Source: Sedimentisphaerales bacterium (lineage in GTDB: Bacteria; Planctomycetota; Phycisphaerae; Sedimentisphaerales; Anaerobacaceae). From it: a DNA stretch of 64,000 nucleotides. Location of the stretch: contig OY970194.1 of the NCBI GenBank assembly GCA_963708075.1, forward strand, positions 4,992,001 through 5,056,000, in the 5' to 3' direction. The position numbers were made by a program, and so were the translations under genes. Under the pieces are notes generated by a model. The model was not told the origin of the DNA, did not search any database, and was given only the letters and a program-made list of their open reading frames with translations. Shown one piece after another: positions 60,194 to 64,000 of this stretch (position 1 is its first letter; each line of letters begins with the position of its first letter).

Positions 60194-61916
60194 TCACGCG
60201 TCGGCGTCGGCGGGACCGCGGGGCGGTTTCTCGACGATGGCGTGGCCCTGTTTCTCGACGACCGGGTGCGGTGCCGGCTTCGCGTCCACCGGTTTGTGGT
60301 TGAGCATTCCGTCGAGGTCCTCGATATCGATGCCGAACTTGCTCAGGATCGGCTTGAAGTCGATGCCCTGGCTCCGCAGGGCGGTGAGAAACTTGAACAC
60401 CGTGTTCGGCACGACGCTGCTGAACTGGTCCATGCCCCGCCCGTTGCCGCCCACGTCGATGATACGCACCTCGTCGATCTGGCCGAGCGGCGCTGCCACG
60501 CTGGAGAAGACGGAGGTCGCGACTTTGCTCATGGCATCGCCGCCCCTGTCCATCAGCATGGGCAGCCGGTCCAGGATCAGGATCATCCGCGCGTCGGAGG
60601 TCATCTTCGCCAGGGCCTCGGCGAGCTGCTTCGTGCCTTCCGCCTCCGCCTTCAGGACCATGCCCTTCTTGGCGGCCTCGCCTTCCGCCTCCGCCACCAG
60701 GGCCTGCTTCGTCTTGGCGGCCTCACCCTCGGCCTCGGCAAGCATGATCGCGCGGGTCTTGGCGGCCTGGCCTTCGCCCTCGAAGACCCTCGCCTGCTTC
60801 TCGCCGTCGGCCCTGCGGATCGCCGCTTCCCGTGCCGCCTCCGCGTTGGTCACGGCCACCTGCTTGGCGGCCTCCGCCTCGATCACCTGCCGGGTACGCT
60901 CCGCCTGGGCGAGCTTGATGACCGTCGCCTCCAACTCCTGCTCCTTGCGGGCGGCCTCGCGCGTCTGGACCTCGATCTGCGCCTCGCGCTCGGCGGCGTC
61001 GCGCTCGCGCCTGTTTGACCTTGAGCGTCTTTTCCTGGTCGGCCATAGCGATGCCGAACGCCTGGTCCGCCTTGGCCTTCTCCGCATCCGCGATGGTCTT
61101 GAACTGCGCCTTCTTGACGTCCCTGTCCCGTTCCGCCTCCGACACCTTGATCGCATTGCTGGCGACGGTGATGTCCGCCTCGCGGTTGCAATCGCTCACC
61201 TTCTTCTTCGTCTCCGCCTCGGCCTGGGCGGTCTTGATATTCGCGTCCCGGATGGCCTCCGCCACCGACTGCTTGCCGAGGGCGTCGATGTACCCGTACT
61301 CGTCGGTCACCTCCTGGATGACCAGCGTGATGATCTGGATGCCGAGGCGCTTGAGCTCCTCCGTGGACTCCTCGACCACCTTCTTATTGAACGCATCCCG
61401 GTCGCGCAGGATCTCGTTGATGTTCAGCTTGCCGATGATGGAGCGCAGGTGGCCCTGGAGGATGTTGCGGACGATCCGGGCGAGCTCCTCGTCGCTCTTG
61501 CCGAGGAACGCGGCGGCCGCGTTGTGCAGCGCCTCCTGCGTCGTCTCGATCTTGAACGTGGCGACGCCCTTGGCGCTGATCTTCACGTTGTCCTTGTTGG
61601 GGATATCGTGCTCGTCGATCTCGACTTGCGTGACGGCGGTGGACATCGGCTGGAAATGCTCGATCACCGGCCACAGCAGGGCGCCGCCGCCAGCGACGAC
61701 GCGGAACCCGCGGCGGGTTATCTTGCCATCCGGGTCGATATAGCGGTACTTGCGGCCGTAGAAAATGCCGACTTCGTTCGGCGGGATCTTCTTGTAGCGG
61801 CTGGCCATCACCCGGATCACGATGATGAACGCCAGTGCGATCAGCAGAATCATCCCCGGCAGCAGCGTCTTGCCAAGAAACGCCATCAGAATTCCGTGCA
61901 ATGGTAACGTGTTCAT
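60194..61916 (-). CDS. Flotillin / SPFH-domain protein (apparent +1 frameshift ~61008)
   Basis: N-terminal TM, RYKKIPPNE, LQGHLRSIIG, GYIDALG, AEAE repeats; ORFs join as KVKQAERDAAERE. Confidence 0.9.
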
Positions 61917-61974
61917 AATCCTTGTCTCTCCTGCTAAGAGTTTGCTATTTCAGCCTTCCACCTGCTCCGTGGCT

Positions 61975-62054
61975 GGGTGGTATCAGCACGGCCGAAGGCT
62001 TTGCCGATGGCGAATGTGCGAGCCATCGGCAAGCTGTGCTTGCCGCTGCCACCC
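61975..62054. repeat. REPIN-like family B copy between the nfeD-like and flotillin genes
   Basis: GGGTGG..TTGCCGATGG..CCATCGGCAAGCTGTGCTTGCCGCTGCCACCC. Confidence 0.8.
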
Positions 62055-62101
62055 GGAGCCCGGAGACACGGGTTTGAATACCTGGGTATCAATACTCCCG
62101 A

Positions 62102-62644
62102 TCAACCTTCGGCTTTGTCCACGGTCAGGACCGAGCCGCTGACGCCGACGATCCGCACGGCGCTGCCCTTGCCCAGGGCGCCGCCGTGCGCGCGGGCGGT
62201 GAACGTGTGATACTCGCCGCCGAGGGACACGCCGATCTCGCCCATGCTGTCCTTGTCGATGGGCACCGTCACTGTGCCCGTGCATCCGACCAGCGAGTCG
62301 GTGGGGGTCACGGACGACGCCTGCTGCTCGATGAACAGCAACATGATGCCGTACATGAGAGCGGCCAGGACCATTCCCGCCGCGATGCCGATCAGCGAGG
62401 CGATCGGGTAGCCCGCGCCGTAATGCAGGGCGACTGCGCCCGCGGCCCCGAAGCCCATGATGAACGTGGCGATCACCCGCATCGAGAAGATGCCGATGAC
62501 GCCGTGGCTGTCGACGCCGGCCTCGTGGCTCGCGTCACCAAGGTCGTGGTCGAAGCCATGATCGAAGTCGTGGTCGTGGCCGAGCAGGAACCCGCCTGCC
62601 ACAATGATGAACGCCGCAATCGCAATGGCTACGAATATGGTCAT
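62102..62644 (-). CDS. NfeD-like (short, OB-fold) membrane protein with His/Asp-rich loop
   Basis: TM, HDHDFDHGFDHD, F..GFG..G, LVG.TG.V..PI....GEI, G..VRIV; GGAGG RBS; upstream of flotillin. Confidence 0.85.
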   Translation of the reverse strand: MTIFVAIAIAAFIIVAGGFLLGHDHDFDHGFDHDLGDASHEAGVDSHGVIGIFSMRVIATFIMGFGAAGAVALHYGAGYPIASLIGIAAGMVLAALMYGIMLLFIEQQASSVTPTDSLVGCTGTVTVPIDKDSMGEIGVSLGGEYHTFTARAHGGALGKGSAVRIVGVSGSVLTVDKAEG

Positions 62645-62972
62645 AACGACCTCCTTCTACGCGAATAGACGCGGGGGGAGCCGGAATCTTGCGCAGTTTC
62701 CCCTGCCGACGCAGATTTTTGGAATCCGGGCCTTGGGTCGCTCCACGGTACCAGCCACATCCTTGTGTCCTTGTCCTGCACCTGTCGTCTCTCCTCCTGC
62801 GGTCATCCAACCATGGCGGAGTATAACAGCTTCTCGCAAGCCCGTCCACACCCCCCGCTGCGAATTTCGCAATCCCCGGCGGCGCGCTCTCGTGCTAACT
62901 GCCTGTGCTACAAGCAGTTATGATCGAGCATGGCTGTCGGCTTAGACAGTATCGCTCCAGGATGGGGCGGGC

Positions 62973-63863
62973 TCAGGCCGGCTTCATGGCGATGATTTTG
63001 TCGATCCGCCGGGCCAGGTCGGTCAGGTAGGCCTCGTCGCCGCCGGAGAGCTCGGTGGTCATGTAGCTCGCGAACCCGGTCTCGGCGAGCGCCTGGCGGA
63101 CCTGCGGCCAGTTCACGTCGCCGTCCAGCAGGTTCGTCCACTGGTAGCCCTGGCGCTTGAAGTCCTTCAGATGGATGCGAACGATCCGCTTGCCCACCGT
63201 GCGGACCCAGTCCTGGGCGAAGCCGAACAAAATCATGTTGCCCACGTCAACGTAAGCCCGCAGCCACGGGCTGTCGAACTCATCGACATAGCGAGCGAAC
63301 TCGACCGGACTGAGCAGAAACTTGTTCCAGACATTCTCGACCGCAATGGTCACCTGAAGCTCCTTCGCCAGGGGCAGCAGCTTACGGATGTTCGCCTGCG
63401 AGCGCTCGTAGGCCTCGGCATAACGGACGGTTTCCGTGACGATGCCCGGCACGAGCAGGACGACGTCTGCCCCGAGCGCCTTGGCGCTTCGCAGGGCGTT
63501 CTCCATGCCCGCAATGCCCTTGGCGGTCACCTCCGGCTTGGGATCGGACAGCGGTGCGTCCCAGCCGCCGTACACAATGGAATGAATCGGCACGCCCACC
63601 TGCCGCGCCAGAGTCCCTAGTTCTTTCGCGGCGGCCAGGTCGCTCATCGGCGAATGCTCGATCCCCTCGAACCCGCACTTCTTCGCCAGCGCGAACTTCT
63701 CCGCGTCCTTGAGCCCTTTGGGCAGCATACCGTACTGGCAGGCCTTCAACGGCCCGCCCGCCTGTGCATCACCCTGCCCGAATGCTGCCGAGCCCAGCAC
63801 TCCCGCTCCCGCGACCACTGCCGCATACTTCAAAACCTCCCGACGCCCCACCGTTTCATTCAT
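62973..63863 (-). CDS. Tat-exported sugar-phosphate isomerase/epimerase (TIM barrel, AP-endonuclease-2 family)
   Basis: GRREVLK signal, GFEGIE, ENVWNKFL.SP.E, DVGN, HLKDF; GAGGAG RBS. Confidence 0.88.
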   Translation of the reverse strand: MNETVGRREVLKYAAVVAGAGVLGSAAFGQGDAQAGGPLKACQYGMLPKGLKDAEKFALAKKCGFEGIEHSPMSDLAAAKELGTLARQVGVPIHSIVYGGWDAPLSDPKPEVTAKGIAGMENALRSAKALGADVVLLVPGIVTETVRYAEAYERSQANIRKLLPLAKELQVTIAVENVWNKFLLSPVEFARYVDEFDSPWLRAYVDVGNMILFGFAQDWVRTVGKRIVRIHLKDFKRQGYQWTNLLDGDVNWPQVRQALAETGFASYMTTELSGGDEAYLTDLARRIDKIIAMKPA

Positions 63864-64000
63864 GGATCGCACTCCTCGTCAACAATTGTCCAAGTCCCCT
63901 GCCGATGATAAACAGCGCCTCGTGAATGGATTCAGGAGCGTTCACCTGGAGTGAAAGCTCGATGAAGGTGTTGAGATCGCGAATCCAGACTTCGCCGTAG
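63856..64000 (-). pseudogene. 3' end of a probably truncated glycoside-hydrolase-like gene (runs off window)
   Basis: Own translation YGEVWIRDLNTFIELSLQV... then a stop after ~30 more aa. From recall, the W.RD motif lies near the N-terminus of the catalytic (alpha/alpha)6 domain. Confidence 0.35.

Noticed and set aside
60162..61907. Long antisense or alternative-frame ORFs (e.g. 60162-61907 +, 4324-5970 -, 30551-31900 +, 9494-10753 +)
   Set aside because: Shadows of real high-GC genes on the opposite strand, with no recognisable motifs.
3186..61916. Ten split genes as true pseudogenes or genome decay
   Set aside because: Each has one single-base indel, no in-frame stops after repair and intact catalytic motifs, and the indels recur on the same motifs; sequencing error is more parsimonious.

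Overview
High-GC chromosomal window. Gene content (Tat-exported sugar enzymes, membrane-tethered ECF sigma factor, TIGR03790, SBBP proteins) suggests a planctomycete, probably Phycisphaerae; this is inference. Left to right it holds: an ECF sigma factor with a long C-terminal extension, a CBS-GGDEF-HD-GYP protein, the prfB-pepA-folE operon, two secreted repeat proteins, a GH51, a coupled pair of a membrane GrpE-like protein and an atypical membrane-anchored Hsp70-type ATPase, an intact IS630, a ~24.4 kb minus-strand Wzx/Wzy polysaccharide locus (27.5-51.9 kb), then dgkA-family, esterase, LEA, ARH, QueD-like and NfeD-flotillin genes. Non-coding DNA is rich in palindromes: two REPIN-like families, a MITE with 31-bp TIRs, and hairpins built from tandem 7-/9-mers. 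Ten CDSs carry single-base frameshifts besides the programmed prfB and IS630 shifts. Four of them are the same GAGACC->GAGAACC change, which points to a motif-linked (possibly methylation-linked) long-read error rather than true pseudogenes. The best candidate for an undescribed system is the GrpE-like/Hsp70-ATPase membrane pair at 19.0-22.0 kb. No rRNA, tRNA or CRISPR array was recognised. All family calls come from motif recognition by eye, not database searches.
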